DNA of 64,000 nt from Podarcis cretensis. Its lineage: Eukaryota. This document shows positions 38,887 through 51,845 of the stretch, in pieces. Positions within the stretch are counted from its first letter, which is position 1. The number at the start of each line of letters is the position of its first letter. The stretch spans positions 70,866,001-70,930,000 of the forward strand of contig OX638149.1 of assembly GCA_951804945.1 (NCBI GenBank), read 5' to 3'. The notes below the pieces were generated by a model that was not told the origin of the DNA, ran no database searches, and saw nothing but the letters and a program-made list of their open reading frames with translations. The position numbers were made by a program, and so were the translations under genes.

Positions 38887-38949
38887 TGCTTGGGTACAGA
38901 GATAAATGTTTCACACATTCAAATTCCAAATCAGGAAGAGTCTATCAAG
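38887..38949 (+). CDS. SBF2: SBF2 cassette exon, 63 nt (VLGYRDKCFTHSNSKSGRVYQ)
   Basis: Long pyrimidine tract, gccag| and AAG|gtaccg; symmetric phase 1/1; GYRDK-FT-SN-KS resembles a recalled mouse Sbf2 insert. Confidence 0.8.
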
Positions 38950-40943
38950 GTACCGTATTCTTTGCACTAATAGTACATTCTACCATCTCCATGATTATGC
39001 ATATCAGTATAGAGAAACCATGTAAACTTGCTTAGGCACGCAATTTAGTTACCATGTGACAGCTTTGCTGCAGGATGATATGGAATAACTTCTAGATCAT
39101 AAGTATCCTTGCCATCATTGCAAGAAAATGATAAAGAATATATTATCTCATCATCCAAGCTTTGATACTCAGTAGCCACAGAGTAAAGAAATGCTGTTAT
39201 CTACTGAGTAAACATTCATGCTGACATAAATTTTAAAATCATTATTTAGTAACATTTTACAGAGGTAATAACCATAGACCTTGGTGACATAATTATTAGC
39301 ACTGATAAAACAATGATCTCAAAATGAGAACAGGAAATGTGTTGTATGCCACTTTTGGTTTGTTGTTGTTTTTTAATAAAAAAACTTCTGTGGCAAGGAA
39401 TAGTAGCTGGGGAGTGATACGTAGAGACCTGTAAACCCTTTAATCACTGTAACTCATCACTGCTACCTGTTATAGTCTGCATGTGCTTTTCAATTAGCTG
39501 TGACTGTTGCTTCTATGTGGTGCAAATTATAATCAAGCTCGCCTTTGTCGATAGCAAAAAGTGGGATGGGTTGCTTTCTCCTGGACATCCTTTGGCTTTT
39601 AATTAAAAAAAATGAGGAATAACATTTATTTTCTGTGTAAGCTGTGATTCTTCGGTAACAAATCATGGTGTGTTTTTTACTAATAATATGGAAAACAAAA
39701 GTCAAATTAAACGTGCTCCCTGCTGAAGTGTTTGCTACAGCTTGCTTTATTTCAGAGAAGGAACTGCAGCAGCTTACCAGCTTCAATTTCCTAAGAAACC
39801 ATTTTTGTTTGTGTCCTCTATGTTCACATCTAAAGCAAGCAGACTGACTTTGATATATCAGCAGGCATGTCCCTAATTTTACCGTTTTAGTAAAAAAATC
39901 ACCTTTTCAAAGTGTGCACCTATTTCACCAGGAGTACTCAAATTACTATTTTTGGTACTACATGCATAAGCCAATGGCCCCCATTCCAATGCACTGTAAG
40001 ATTGGTCCGTTGCTGCACTAGCAGTTCTTAAAGAATGATTTGTGCTAAAATAGAGCCCCTTGTGGCCTTATACGCTCTCATATGAAACAACACCTGGAGA
40101 AAAGAGGCAGCAAGGTTGTGGCCTAAATCATACATCTCGGTAGTTTGGCTGACACCATGGTCAAGCTACACACTGTAATTGTAACATATGCAAGCATACA
40201 GCAAGTGGATTTTTTAGATCCAATGTGGAGATCCTTTGGCCTTCCAGGTGTTGCTGAACTAAAGTTCCCATCATCTCAGGCCATTGGCCACCCTTGATGG
40301 GACTGATGGCAGCAGTGGTATAGCAACATACAGAGCACAAAAGGTTTCCTACATTTGGCCTAGATCATAGGTTCACTCCCAGTGCCATTACTGCATCTAT
40401 ATGGGCTTGAGATCTAACCACATGGTTCACTAGCCCAACTGATGTGATGTTGCTTGTTTTACTGTTGCAACATAGAACCCAGCTACATGAAGTGGTTTTG
40501 TGATGGCAGCCAAAGCAAGCAATAAAACATCTTTGAACTAGTAGCTTCTTTCCTTCACTGAACAGTAACAGTAACAGTAACAGTATGGCAGGAGCATGGC
40601 GACACCCACCAGGCAGCCATACAAAATGCATAGGAATGCACAGGAAGAGTTCTGTATTAATGTTAAATGCGACGTGGTTTTGATTATTATCTCAGTTTAG
40701 GCAGATTTTGGCTATGCATTACTTCATAGAATAGAATTGTAGAATTGGAAGAGACCCAAAGCATCATCTAGTCAAACCCAAAGCTGGCACATTTTTTCCA
40801 GGTAAATTATGTGTGACCTATCCGAAAACATTGTAACTGAGATGCAAATGTTTTCTTTTCAAACAATGCACATTCTTTACTGGAGAGTTACAAAATTCCA
40901 TGAAAATATGAAATATTTCATTCTATTTTTAATCTTTCTAAAG

Positions 40944-41131
40944 GTGTGTGGGCAAGTCTTCGTTCTAGCAGTCGGTTTATCAGCACTCAAATGCCATTCC
41001 TCGATGTTGGTGCAAGATTAGCAGGGAAAGATGGTTCACCTTCATATACCAGCAGTAGTGCATATTTTCAAAACCGGCTTCTGAAACGCCAGGCTTCCCT
41101 CTACATATTTGGAGAAAAATCTCAACTAAGG
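40944..41131 (+). CDS. SBF2: SBF2 exon, 188 nt (VWASLRSS...GEKSQLR)
   Basis: aaag| and |gtatgg; ORF 40946..41182. Confidence 0.95.
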
Positions 41132-41849
41132 GTATGGATGCTTTCCAGTTATAATTTTGTATTTTTGCTTGGCTGCTTTTAAAGGGGAGATTTGTATGTA
41201 ACTGTGGTGCAATACAGCACAGAATTATGCAGGTTTAAGTCCTACTGATTTCTCTAGGCATTAAATGTTCATAACTGTGTGCTAGTTTGCAGGATATCTT
41301 TAGAGAGCATGACTACTTAAATGATCACAAGTATAGAAGTTTCTCTCCCTGAACCAGTGAAAGAGATACACATTTATTGCTCCTTGAGTTAAGAATTGTG
41401 AACATGTATCAAATGTACTTCCAAAAGCAACAGAAAGACTTAACATAATATGGCATAAGTTTTTGTAGACAAGAGTCCACTTGTGTCTGCACACATGAGT
41501 GCAAAAGGGGAAAACTGCACATGGTGGGTTAAATGGCAATGAAATGCAAGGATCAGTTAGACCTTCAGTTTATACAAAATAGTACAAAAAATGACAATTC
41601 ATAGAATCCGTAACACAATATCAAGGTTGTTAAATAAATCAACACCTGTTATGACTCATGAGGATTGGGTAACATCCAATTGTGGCAGCCTGTTTGCGTA
41701 ACAGCCATTCAGCTCATGAAAATGGGAGCAGGGCGGGAAACCACTCAATATTAAAGTAACACTATTAATAAGGTGTTAAAGTAAAATAAAGCAATATTTT
41801 ACTTTAAATGCACATTATTAACACAAGTAAATACCTTCTTTGTCCACAG

Positions 41850-42026
41850 AGCTTCAAACTTGATTTTGCTTTAAATTGTGAATTTGTTCCTGTCGAGTTC
41901 AGTGACATCCGGCAAGTGAAAGCTAGTTTTAAAAAGCTCATGAGTGCTTGTGTCCCTAGCAATATCCCTGCAGATTCTGAAATAACATTCCTTAAAGCAC
42001 TTGGAGAATCAGAGTGGTTCCCACAG
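41850..42026 (+). CDS. SBF2: SBF2 exon, 177 nt ([12 protein letters not shown]...SEWFPQ)
   Basis: cacag| and |gtaaat. Confidence 0.95.
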
Positions 42027-43593
42027 GTAAATTGATATGGTGGTGTCATAAATGTCTTGTGATTTCTGATGCATAGCAAAGTGCTATTTCTGTCCAGTGA
42101 AAAATTCTCCTTTTCTTCAATAACTGCTTTAAATATCATATGCTGTATTCTTATGCAGACAGATGTATTTCAGTGTTCACAGTGACAGATGTGAGATTTG
42201 ACGAATGAAGCATTACATGGCTCCCTATAAATTATAATCAGTCATGAATATGTAGTACATGGTTGTTATTATTTACTTTCTCTCTTAAAGTCAGTTTAGA
42301 TCTTTTGCTGCTTTTATTAAAGCAATTTCAGTTTAAATTTCCAGTATTTAAATTGATGTAACATGAATAACAGTGTGGCTGAATCTCTTATTGTTGGTTA
42401 TCCTTTGTAGTTAAGGATCTAACCACCATATTGTATTCATTCAGTACTTTGGCACAAGTCTCCTTGAACTGAAATGGATATTTTCTGCTTGAGTGCTCTG
42501 CAGATTAGACACTTGTTTCAAAAGTTATGGTCTACTGCATCTAAATATTTTTAGCCAGGATTTTCTACATCAGACATTATTTGAGAATCAATGGCTTTTT
42601 AAAAGTATATTGCAGTTGGGCGGTGGGCAGCTTATCCAGACTGGAGCCCTGATATGGGGCAAATGGGGGCTTTAAGCCTTTCTTCATTGCAGGGGTCCCA
42701 ATTGGCCTCACACCTGCTATTTATATTGAAGGGGGGAAACTTCTATTTCCACCAATTTCTTAGTGCAATTAAGTTAATTAATACCCATTCAGGACCCCCG
42801 TGGATGGGCAAAGATTAATGCCTCCAGCCACCCATGCTGGATCTCTTCCTACCCCATGTTTGGAGATTACTTTTTAAAAGCAAGTCACACAATTGGTAGT
42901 AGTATTGTATCTCATTTGCCCCCCCAATTTGGGATGGGGAACCGGAGGCCCTCCAGGTTATGTTATACTACAACTCCTATCATCCCTGACTATTGGTCAT
43001 GCTAGCTGGGATTGATGGGAATTGCAGTGCAACAACATCTGGAGGGCCACAAGTTTCCTACTCCAATGTAGAATATACACTCACGTTTTGCAGCTGTAGA
43101 GTGTGACACAGAATAATCGCAAGCTTTTTTATTATATGAACTAAGAGTCAGTGGTGCTTGAAGAGATTACAGAATATCTTTTAAATCAGATTATCAATCA
43201 AGGCTGCCAGTATTAGACTTCTGGACTGTTCTAAGCCCTCTTTGGATTTAATATGGGTAAAATCCTTCCCATAACCTAGATCTTAGAGCTCGGTTATGCA
43301 TTACTTCTGATGCCAGTAAAAAAAGCATCAGTATAGCATGTTCTCCAACTCTCCCTCCTTGATCTGTTGTTTATAACCTCTGACCTCAGTGAAACTTAAA
43401 TGAAACTGATTGTAGCTTTTAGACAAGGGTGTTGAATAATATTCATATAAAAATAAGTCTTTCTAATACTCATTTTTTACAAGACTAGTTTGTTGAGTAC
43501 CAGCATAATTTGATTCCAGAAATCATTTTGTTTACTAATTTACCCTTCATTCTAACATGCTCTTCATCTTTTATATATACATACTGTATATAG

Positions 43594-43695
43594 CTTCACA
43601 GAATAATGCAGTTGGGTGTGGTTATATCGGAGTTGCTTGAGAATGGTTCTTCAGTTTTGGTTTGCCTAGAAGATGGCTGGGATATCACAGCACAG
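43594..43695 (+). CDS. SBF2: SBF2 exon, 102 nt, degenerate P-loop (LHRIMQL...[12 protein letters not shown])
   Basis: tatag| and |gtgagc. Confidence 0.95.
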
Positions 43696-44712
43696 GTGAG
43701 CCTATAACGTATTAATGACCAGCAAAGATCACTTTGCTCTGACCAGTTTACTGTATCTGTTTAATAACTTCAGATACCAAAGAATGCATCAGACTTAAAA
43801 CCCTTCACAGCTTTCTTTTATTTAACTTTTTTTTTAAAAAAAAAAACCCATCCCTTGAATCTTTAATCCTTTAGAAAGAAATGAACTTTTTTGCTGATGG
43901 CCAACTGATGTGTAGTGTCTCTCTCTGTGTGGAACTGGATCTGTCTCACATACATTCATACTTGCAAGCACTCTTGTCCTATAATTCTGGTGTTTAGAAA
44001 AGGCTTGGTGTAAAAATAAACTGCCAGTAATTTTAGTCCTATGTAACAAACCATGGAAGAAATGAACAGTAATTCCAGATCTCTTTGACTGTGTTGTTTT
44101 TTCTAAAATTGCAACAGGTTACTTACTATATCCAACATAGTTTCTGAGTTATCGTGGCTTAATGTGAAAAAGCAGTGTGCTCTGATTTCATTCATCCCCT
44201 AGTGTGAGCAGGATAAACCCATTGTGCCCGAACCAGGGATTGCAGTTTGTTGCTTCCTAAGTAGTTATTATCAGCAAACATGACTTAAGATTGGTTATCA
44301 ATTGTGGCTTGTTTGGGAGCTATAAACCATGGTCCCTGGTTTAGATATAACATGAAACCAAGGGCTCCTGGTTTGTGTATTCCATGTGCACCAGAGGAGT
44401 GGTCCCAGAGTGATTGGGCAGTAGAAATTTTAAAAGTTGGACAACTTGTTTTTTTCTTTGAGCCTCATCCTCACCCCTCCCAATTCTTTACTGTTCTGGC
44501 AAGCTGTATCTGATGGTGACGCAGGGTTTGCATCACTCTACAAGCAATATTGACATTGTACATATTCACAGCAGTTCTGCTGATTGGTCTCACACTTCAA
44601 AGATAGAAGTACTAGGTACACTAAACAGTTGGTAGGGGGAAAGAGACAAGGAAAGGTATACACCACAGCAGTGCCCAGATATTTCTCATGCAACATACTA
44701 GATTGTTTCTAA

Positions 44713-44946
<234 letters not shown>

Positions 44947-44969
44947 TGAGCAAATCTTGATCTCTAATA

Positions 44970-44977
44970 TAGATAGG

Positions 44978-45014
<37 letters not shown>
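44970..45014. repeat. (TAGA)n microsatellite ~30 nt downstream of a donor site
   Basis: About 11 units, one variant unit. Confidence 0.92.
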
Positions 45015-47363
45015 GCAAAGTACCAACATTCCAGGGTAATGGACAAATATATTAGAAAACGAGGAACATGTTTTATGTTCTCAGTAGGATAAATAAATTT
45101 AGTGCGACAGAAAAATGTGAAATTAAAGCTGTTTTCATGGTAGTAGTGTAATGTACTTCTACCATACTTCTCAAAGAAAATATAAGAAAGTATCCACAAA
45201 TCTGCTCCATAGATGCTATGCCTCTAGTCCTCTGGCAAAAAGGACTCCCCCTAGCTCTCACTTGCAAAGCAGTTTGTAAAATTAAGTGACAGCAGCAGTA
45301 TCTTTCTCTCTTTTTTAATACATATTTTCCATATCTCAGCACAAATTAGAGAACCCTAAAGCCCTCTTCATTGCCATAAAGCTTTGGGGGGGGGGGAGGT
45401 GGCAAGTTGGTGGCAATCACAAATAGTGGCTGCCCGATAGGCCAATCCAATATTTGCAGACACCTGCAGGTAAGATTTTTCTACATTTGCAGAGCTCACT
45501 GGTGCTAACCCATCCACCTGAGTCAACACCAAGAAACAAAAATGAACATGCTGGATCATCCAGCTCAGTATCATATTTCCAACAGAGGACATGTGATGCG
45601 CAGATCAGCTTGTAAAGAGGATGTGGTGGTGATAGCCATCACTTGTTAGCTCCTGGCATCTGAAAATCATAGCCATGCTGCCTTGTACATGAAATGGACT
45701 ATAGTTCAAGAAACCTTGTGTTATAATAAAATGGTTAGCCTTTAAGGTGTCTCAAGACCCTGTTTCTTTTTCTGCATATATTGTTATCCTTTATCAAAGG
45801 TTTTTGATTCCTATGGTCAAATCTAGCATTGCACTGGAATAACTACTTTTTGGATTGTAGTCTTGCCTATGTAGAACATGGTTTTCTAGAATTAATTCTG
45901 CATAAAGATGACAATGGAATCCTTCTGTTTCTTTATTTTGGATCTGCTGTGCAAATTCAATCAGAAGCAATAAGTGAAGGTTTTAATGGCATGCCACTTT
46001 TAACACACTGAATGAGACTGGAATGATCCTGCGGAAAAAAGCCGTCCTTGTTTCAACTAGAAAGAACATATAAAACAGGGATTCTTAAATTAGAACTGCA
46101 TCATCTTACAAAAAGCCATTGTTTATGCCAGTATCTCCAGGTGTCAGCTGAATTATTAATGTGAATCATTATTTCACAATAGCAACATCTGGTAGATCTT
46201 GTAGATGTTTCTAGGAAGACAGAATTTGTGACAGTGATGTCACACTAGAAAGCTTCCATCACTTTCTCCAGAATCCCGTGTCAGTTTTAATGTGTTGTTA
46301 TAATGCTGCATTTGCATAAAACTTTTATCTGTGAAAGTTATTTCTTCTCTTCCTACCTCTTTCCACTTCCCCACCCTTACTGTAGTGAGGAAAAGTTACA
46401 GCATATGTTGCTGTCTCAGCCATGTGTGTTCTTTGTAGGCTAGACATAGACTGGGTATAATCCAAAGGTACACTTAAAATGAAATCTCACTGAAATGATG
46501 AGAACACCTTCCACCCCACTACCTCTATAGTAACTATCTGTCCTAGGAGTAGCCAATGTCTACCTTCTAGATGCTGTGGACTCTGCCTGCCAGACTTGAA
46601 GAAAGCACTAGGAATTTGGTGGAATATAAAAAAATGTTCAATGAATTGTTTTTGTGGGTAGCTTTTTCCTTTCATAGTATTATCAACATCATCATCATCA
46701 CTTGGGAACTTATAGATCTGTTTTCAAAACCCATTTGGCATGGATGCACATCTTCAGAAAATGCTACTTATCCATTTTAAGTAATTAACAGAAATCGTAA
46801 TTGTTGTGACTGAAGGTCCTAAAGAAAAATGGGAATACTGGAGCCATTCAGCCTCCTTTTCACCTGCTCTGTTCTTTTCCTGCAGAAAAAAAGGACAAAT
46901 TACATATTATGTGGAAGATCTGTGAGGGCCTTTACTTTCCTTCTGTGGGCAGGTAGCATCTGTGGGAGGGGTGAAAAGTAAAGCACTCCTCCCCCACGAC
47001 TGCTAACAGATTTTCAGGACAACACCCCCCCCCCCCGGCTGCTTTCCAGGTTTTTGGTTTTGAAAAAAACACCTAGTGAGTCAATCACAGATTCCTTGTA
47101 ACTCCTAGTACTTGAAGAAATATTGACTTCACTTTTAGCCCACTTAAACAATAATACCACATTGCCCTAGTTGGCTTTAATACAGTTCCAGCAGACAGTG
47201 TGGTGCAAGATTTTCATTGCTGTTATTGAACCAAAACTGGAATTTCAAGGCATTGCAAATATTTTCAAATAAGGCCTGCATTTTTATGTCCCCCCCCCCC
47301 ACTTTCTGTCCCATGATTTGGTTTGCAAGAACTCTCAATGCAGCTAGCAACTTCATAATGATA

Positions 47364-47692
47364 CAGTGGTGCCTCGCAAGACGAAAATAATCCGTTCCGT
47401 GAGTCTCTTCGTCTAGCGGTTTTTTCGTCTTGCGAAGCATCCCTATTAGTGGCTTAGCGGATTAGCACTATTAGCGGCTTAACGGCTATTAGAGGCTTAG
47501 TGGCTAAGCGGCTATTAGCGGCTTAGAAAAAGGGGGGGAAGGGAAAAAACTCGCAAGACTCGCAAGACATTTTCGTCTTGCGAAGCAAGCCCATAGGGAA
47601 ATTCGTCTTGCGAAGCGCCTCGAAAAACGGAAAACCCTTTCGTCTAGCGGGTTTTTCGTCTTGCGAGGCATTCGTCTTGCGGGGCACCACTG
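47364..47692. mobile_element. Tc1/mariner (Tigger-like) MITE, 329 bp
   Basis: TA TSD on both sides, 22-bp TIR CAGTGGTGCC(T/C)CGCAAGACGAA with 1 mismatch. Confidence 0.92.
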
Positions 47693-48058
47693 TACAAGGT
47701 ATGAAAACAAAATATCAGTCTTCAACAAATCAAACTGAGATGCTTTTGTAACAACTTTTCAAAAGTGGCATTGTGGCATGATGATGAAAATAGCAGTAAC
47801 AGTAGATTGTTTGTTTATTAAGACCACAGAATTTTAAAACACATATTTGGAACCTTTCCCTAAGAGCACTATAGTGCTTTGACAGAAGTGATAAAAACCC
47901 ATTTTAATCTAGCAGTTATAAGGTTGTAGCAGAAAAGCTTGCATAGGTGCCTGATCGATGAAAGTAAGATAAATAATATATTTTGCTGTTTAAGTTTAGT
48001 TTTTTAAATAATATATATTATTGTTGTAATATATGTTGCTATCATTTGTGCATTTCAG

Positions 48059-48185
48059 ATTCACAACCAGTATTCAACAGAGTTTGAATTCAATCAGTAT
48101 TACCTGAAGTTTGTAGCATTTCACTATGTTTCCAATCGATTTAAAACATTCTTGCTGGACTCAGACTATGAAAGACTGGAACATG
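48059..48185 (+). CDS. SBF2: SBF2 exon, 127 nt ([12 protein letters not shown]...YERLEH)
   Basis: ttcag| and |gtaagg. Confidence 0.95.
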
Positions 48186-48514
48186 GTAAGGATCCCAGTT
48201 TTGCTGGTGTTACTTTTTATTTTAATTTTAAAGCACTGACTAAAGTTAACATTAAAGTTGTTGTAATATACCTGCCACCCTTTGCTATCTTGTAATTTGT
48301 TCTGTGGCTGCAATCTTATACATAATTACCAGGACGTAAACTCCATTGAACTCAGCGGGCCTACTTATGAACAGACATGTAATGGATTGCATTTTATAGC
48401 TTGTGACATTGGAAGTTACCTATGACATTTAAAATTCGTGGCAAGTAGCTCCTTTTCCTAACCAGGAAAAGGAGGACACTATGCCTAGGAACCACATATC
48501 CATACTGCCTAGAC

Positions 48515-48720
48515 CAGAGCTTTCCAAACTGTGTGTCGCGACACGGTAGTGTGTCAGCTGCAGTGGGTAGGTGTGCCGTGTGAATGTTCCCCATGCTCCT
48601 CCCAGGGCTGGAAAGGGGCTAGTTTAACCTCCTGTTTGCTAGTAAAACTAAATTACTGTGTTGCAAAATGATGCATGTCTAAAAAGTGTGTCACCAGCAT
48701 GAAAAGTTTGGAAAGCTCTG
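48515..48720. mobile_element. hAT MITE, 206 bp
   Basis: 16-bp perfect TIR CAGAGCTTTCCAAACT, TSD GCCTAGAC/GCCTAGAA. Confidence 0.88.
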
Positions 48721-48879
48721 GCCTAGAAGGTAGAGCTCAATATGTGATATTACCAAAAGTAAAGTGTGTTCATTGCTCCCAGATAAGTCCTGCCTTCAGA
48801 GCTTTGAAGGCTTCTATTCCCTTTGGAGCCCTATTAGAATGAAATTTTATTTTTCTCACTTAAGTAGTTCACATCGCAG

Positions 48880-49436
48880 AATTCAGAGGCCAGGTTGCTC
48901 ACCGGGCAAGATGGTTTGAGCATATAACGCCAATCCTGTCAATTACTGTATTGGCCCAAATATAAGCTGCACCCGAATATAATCCACCCCTTTAAAATTC
49001 AAGGGGAGAAAAGGAAAAAAATACTATACCTGAATATAAGCTGCTCCCTTAAAATTCCACAGGCACTCACACCCGTTTCATTTTACCATATGTCTGTTTC
49101 AGCAACAATACTGTAAAAGCCAATTTTTGTAAGGTTACGAATTTAAGCCATACTTTAACTTTTCACAGTCAGAATTTGGGGGGAAAGTGAGGCTTATATT
49201 CAGGCCAATACAGTAGTTTCTGGGCCCAATTCAAAGTGCTGGTTTAGACCTATAAAGCCTTAAACAGCTCAGGACTACAATACCTAAAGGACCGCCTCTT
49301 TCCATATGAACCTACCCAGATCCTAAGATCATCTTCTGAGGCCCTTCTTCATGTGCTGCCTCCTCCACAAGAGGTCCGGAGGGTGGCAACTGAGAATGGG
49401 CCTTTTCTGCAGTGGCTCCCTGCTTGTGGCATGCAA
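48880..49436 (+). mobile_element. L2-type LINE 3' ORF2 fragment split by the MITE
   Basis: catataacgccaatcctg...|gtttctgggcccaattcaaagtgctgg...gggccttttctgcagtggctccc. Confidence 0.7.
48946..49213. mobile_element. Tc1/mariner-type MITE nested in a LINE fragment
   Basis: TA TSD, TIR CTGTATTGGCC(CA/TG)AATATAAGC 20/22. Confidence 0.85.
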
Positions 49437-49870
49437 GCAAGTTGAGAGAGGAGTCCTCGTTTTTGCCACAAATTAGTGCTGCTAGTTAACAGGTATTAGC
49501 AGTTAAATTACACTGTGATGTCACAGGCAGCTGTTAATAAAAGGCAGCTGAATTTCTTACAATTATGTTTATATCTGAAAGTACTCATGACACATAATCA
49601 GATGCATCTTTTCCAAACTTATAGGAAAAGAAAAGAAGCATTAGAAGGTCACAAGCTTACGTATAAGAACACTGGAGAACAGGGAGGAGCTATCTAATGC
49701 TCCTGGCCATTGTTCTGCTCCAAACCCCGCTTCTCTGCTTAGGCATGCTCAGTTGGATATTTTTACACGCAAACCCTGTGCTGTAAAGGTCCTTCATTTT
49801 CAAAAGTTATTTTCACTATCTGGCAAAGAGAGTTCTTTCCTTCAACTTCTTATGTTTTCTTGTTTTCTAG

Positions 49871-49998
49871 GGACACTGTTTGAAGATAAAGGAGAGAAAC
49901 ATGGCAAGAAAGGAGTTTGCATGTGGGAATGCATAGACAAAATTCACAAAAGAAGTCCTGTTTTCTTCAATTACCTCTATACACCAGCTGAAACAGAG
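49871..49998 (+). CDS. SBF2: SBF2 exon, 128 nt ([10 protein letters not shown]...YTPAETE)
   Basis: tctag| and |gtataa. Confidence 0.94.
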
Positions 49999-51208
49999 GT
50001 ATAAAGCAGAAAGGTTCAGGATCTTCATTATCCTGGTACCTGAATAAAGTTTGGTGTCTCATTTGAGACTTCCATTGAGTGAACTACCTAGATCACCTGA
50101 ATGTTTACTAGCATAAACGGGACTACAGAACCATGGCCAAGATCCCAAGAGCCTATCCAATGGATGGGGCATGCTCAATTGGATATTTTTAGTTCTTTAA
50201 CAAGCAAAATCCTGTACTGTGAAGAGCCTTCAGTTTCAAAAGCACTTTTCACTATCTGGCATGAAGCATTAATGTTTTCCAAACACAACCACCTGGGCAT
50301 GAGGAAGTAATTGTGCAGTTTGCTTTTTTTAGGAGAGGGGGAATAACAGCTTTGGTTCTGCAACCTTAAGCTTGTGTTGTGGGGCAAAGGTGTACAGACA
50401 TTGTAAGGCAAGCATATTTCCCTCTAATTTATTTGTGCCTATTACTAGAATATCCTATAACTCTGCATTAAAACAGCATCTTGGCTGGCAGAGCAGCAGG
50501 TAAGGCGCTGGGACATGGTCTCAGGAGGTGATCTCATGCTAATTCTTGAATTTAAACCTAGTTTTACTACTGAAAAGCTATAGCTTTGTTGGTGACACAG
50601 TTATAAAGGTACATGCCTGGCACTGTGAAAAGAGTTGAAACCAGGATCAGTAGAACTAGTGACAGCTCCTTATCACAAAATCTTAGAACCAAAAATCTGC
50701 AAAGCTATTTTTATTTAAACATGTATATTGGTGGGGTTTCTGAGTCTATAAATAATATTCAGCATATTTACTTTAATAATATCACCCATTTCTATCAGCA
50801 TTTTATTACATCCTTTCAAAAGGACCTTTCTGACCTATTTTGCTAGATGAATGAGGAGCCTAATATATCCTTGATAAATGGAATTTGAAAGAAAGGGAGG
50901 GCTTTCCAAGGTTAGAACTGAAATAAAGAGATAATGTACCCCCTGAACAGTATGGACAAACTGAAATTTGAATTTATTACCCTAGTAAGGAAACTGAATA
51001 TTTATCTTGTTCTTACAATTGAGGCAGCTTGCTTTAGCAATGCAAAAAGTTTGAGGTCAGGTCAGGTACGTTCCAGATGTTATCTATAAAATGTTAAGTA
51101 CAGAAGAGCAGCTGAAGTAGTGCACATCAATTGGCCTTTGAGGAAGTGGGGACAATGATACCAGAAAGCCATTATGCACTATTAATCTGCTGGCATTAAT
51201 TTCTACAG

Positions 51209-51442
51209 GCATTAAAACCAAATGTAAACATATCCAGTCTTAAAAAGTGGGATTACTACACAGAGGAGACTTTGGCTACTGGTCCTTCTTATGACTGGGC
51301 CATGGTAACTGCAAAATGTAGTACCTTGGATGAACCTGACCAAATGGACATGTCACCTTCCCACAGTAAGAGGAAAATTGTCTGGCCATGCTATGACAAC
51401 ATTAGCAAAGTGCAGCCAGATGCCATCACCAGCCTATTAAAT
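51209..51442 (+). CDS. SBF2: SBF2 exon, 234 nt (ALKPNVNISSLKKWDYY...ITSLLN)
   Basis: tacag| and |gtgagt. Confidence 0.94.
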
Positions 51443-51845
51443 GTGAGTATAATTTTTTTAAGCATCTATTGGTGTCAGGTAACATCCATTCAATTTTTAA
51501 AAATGTATTTCCCTTAAGAAAGCAGAAATAGAGCAAAATGATATTTTGGCTCAAAGGAAAGACCACTCCTTTTTCTGAGTTAGGATTGCCTATGCCTGTT
51601 TCCCAGACTAACTGAAAGCCAACCAACTGTCTGTAGAAATTAAGTTAGCAAAATACAATACATTTTGGATGTTAGTCCTTTTCTGGAAATATTGAAATGT
51701 ATCACAAGATTTTTTAAAGTCTGTGAGTGGTCTTTAGGATATTGTCTGTGAAATGCCCAATTTGGAGTATTTTTAACTATTTCACACAAAGAACTTATAG
51801 CTTCTCTCATTGTACAACAGAACTGCACTGGCATGTATTGGTTAA

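Noticed and set aside
47400-47690. CRISPR-like repeated motif
   Set aside because: Eukaryotic intron, irregular spacing, enclosed by TIRs and a TA TSD
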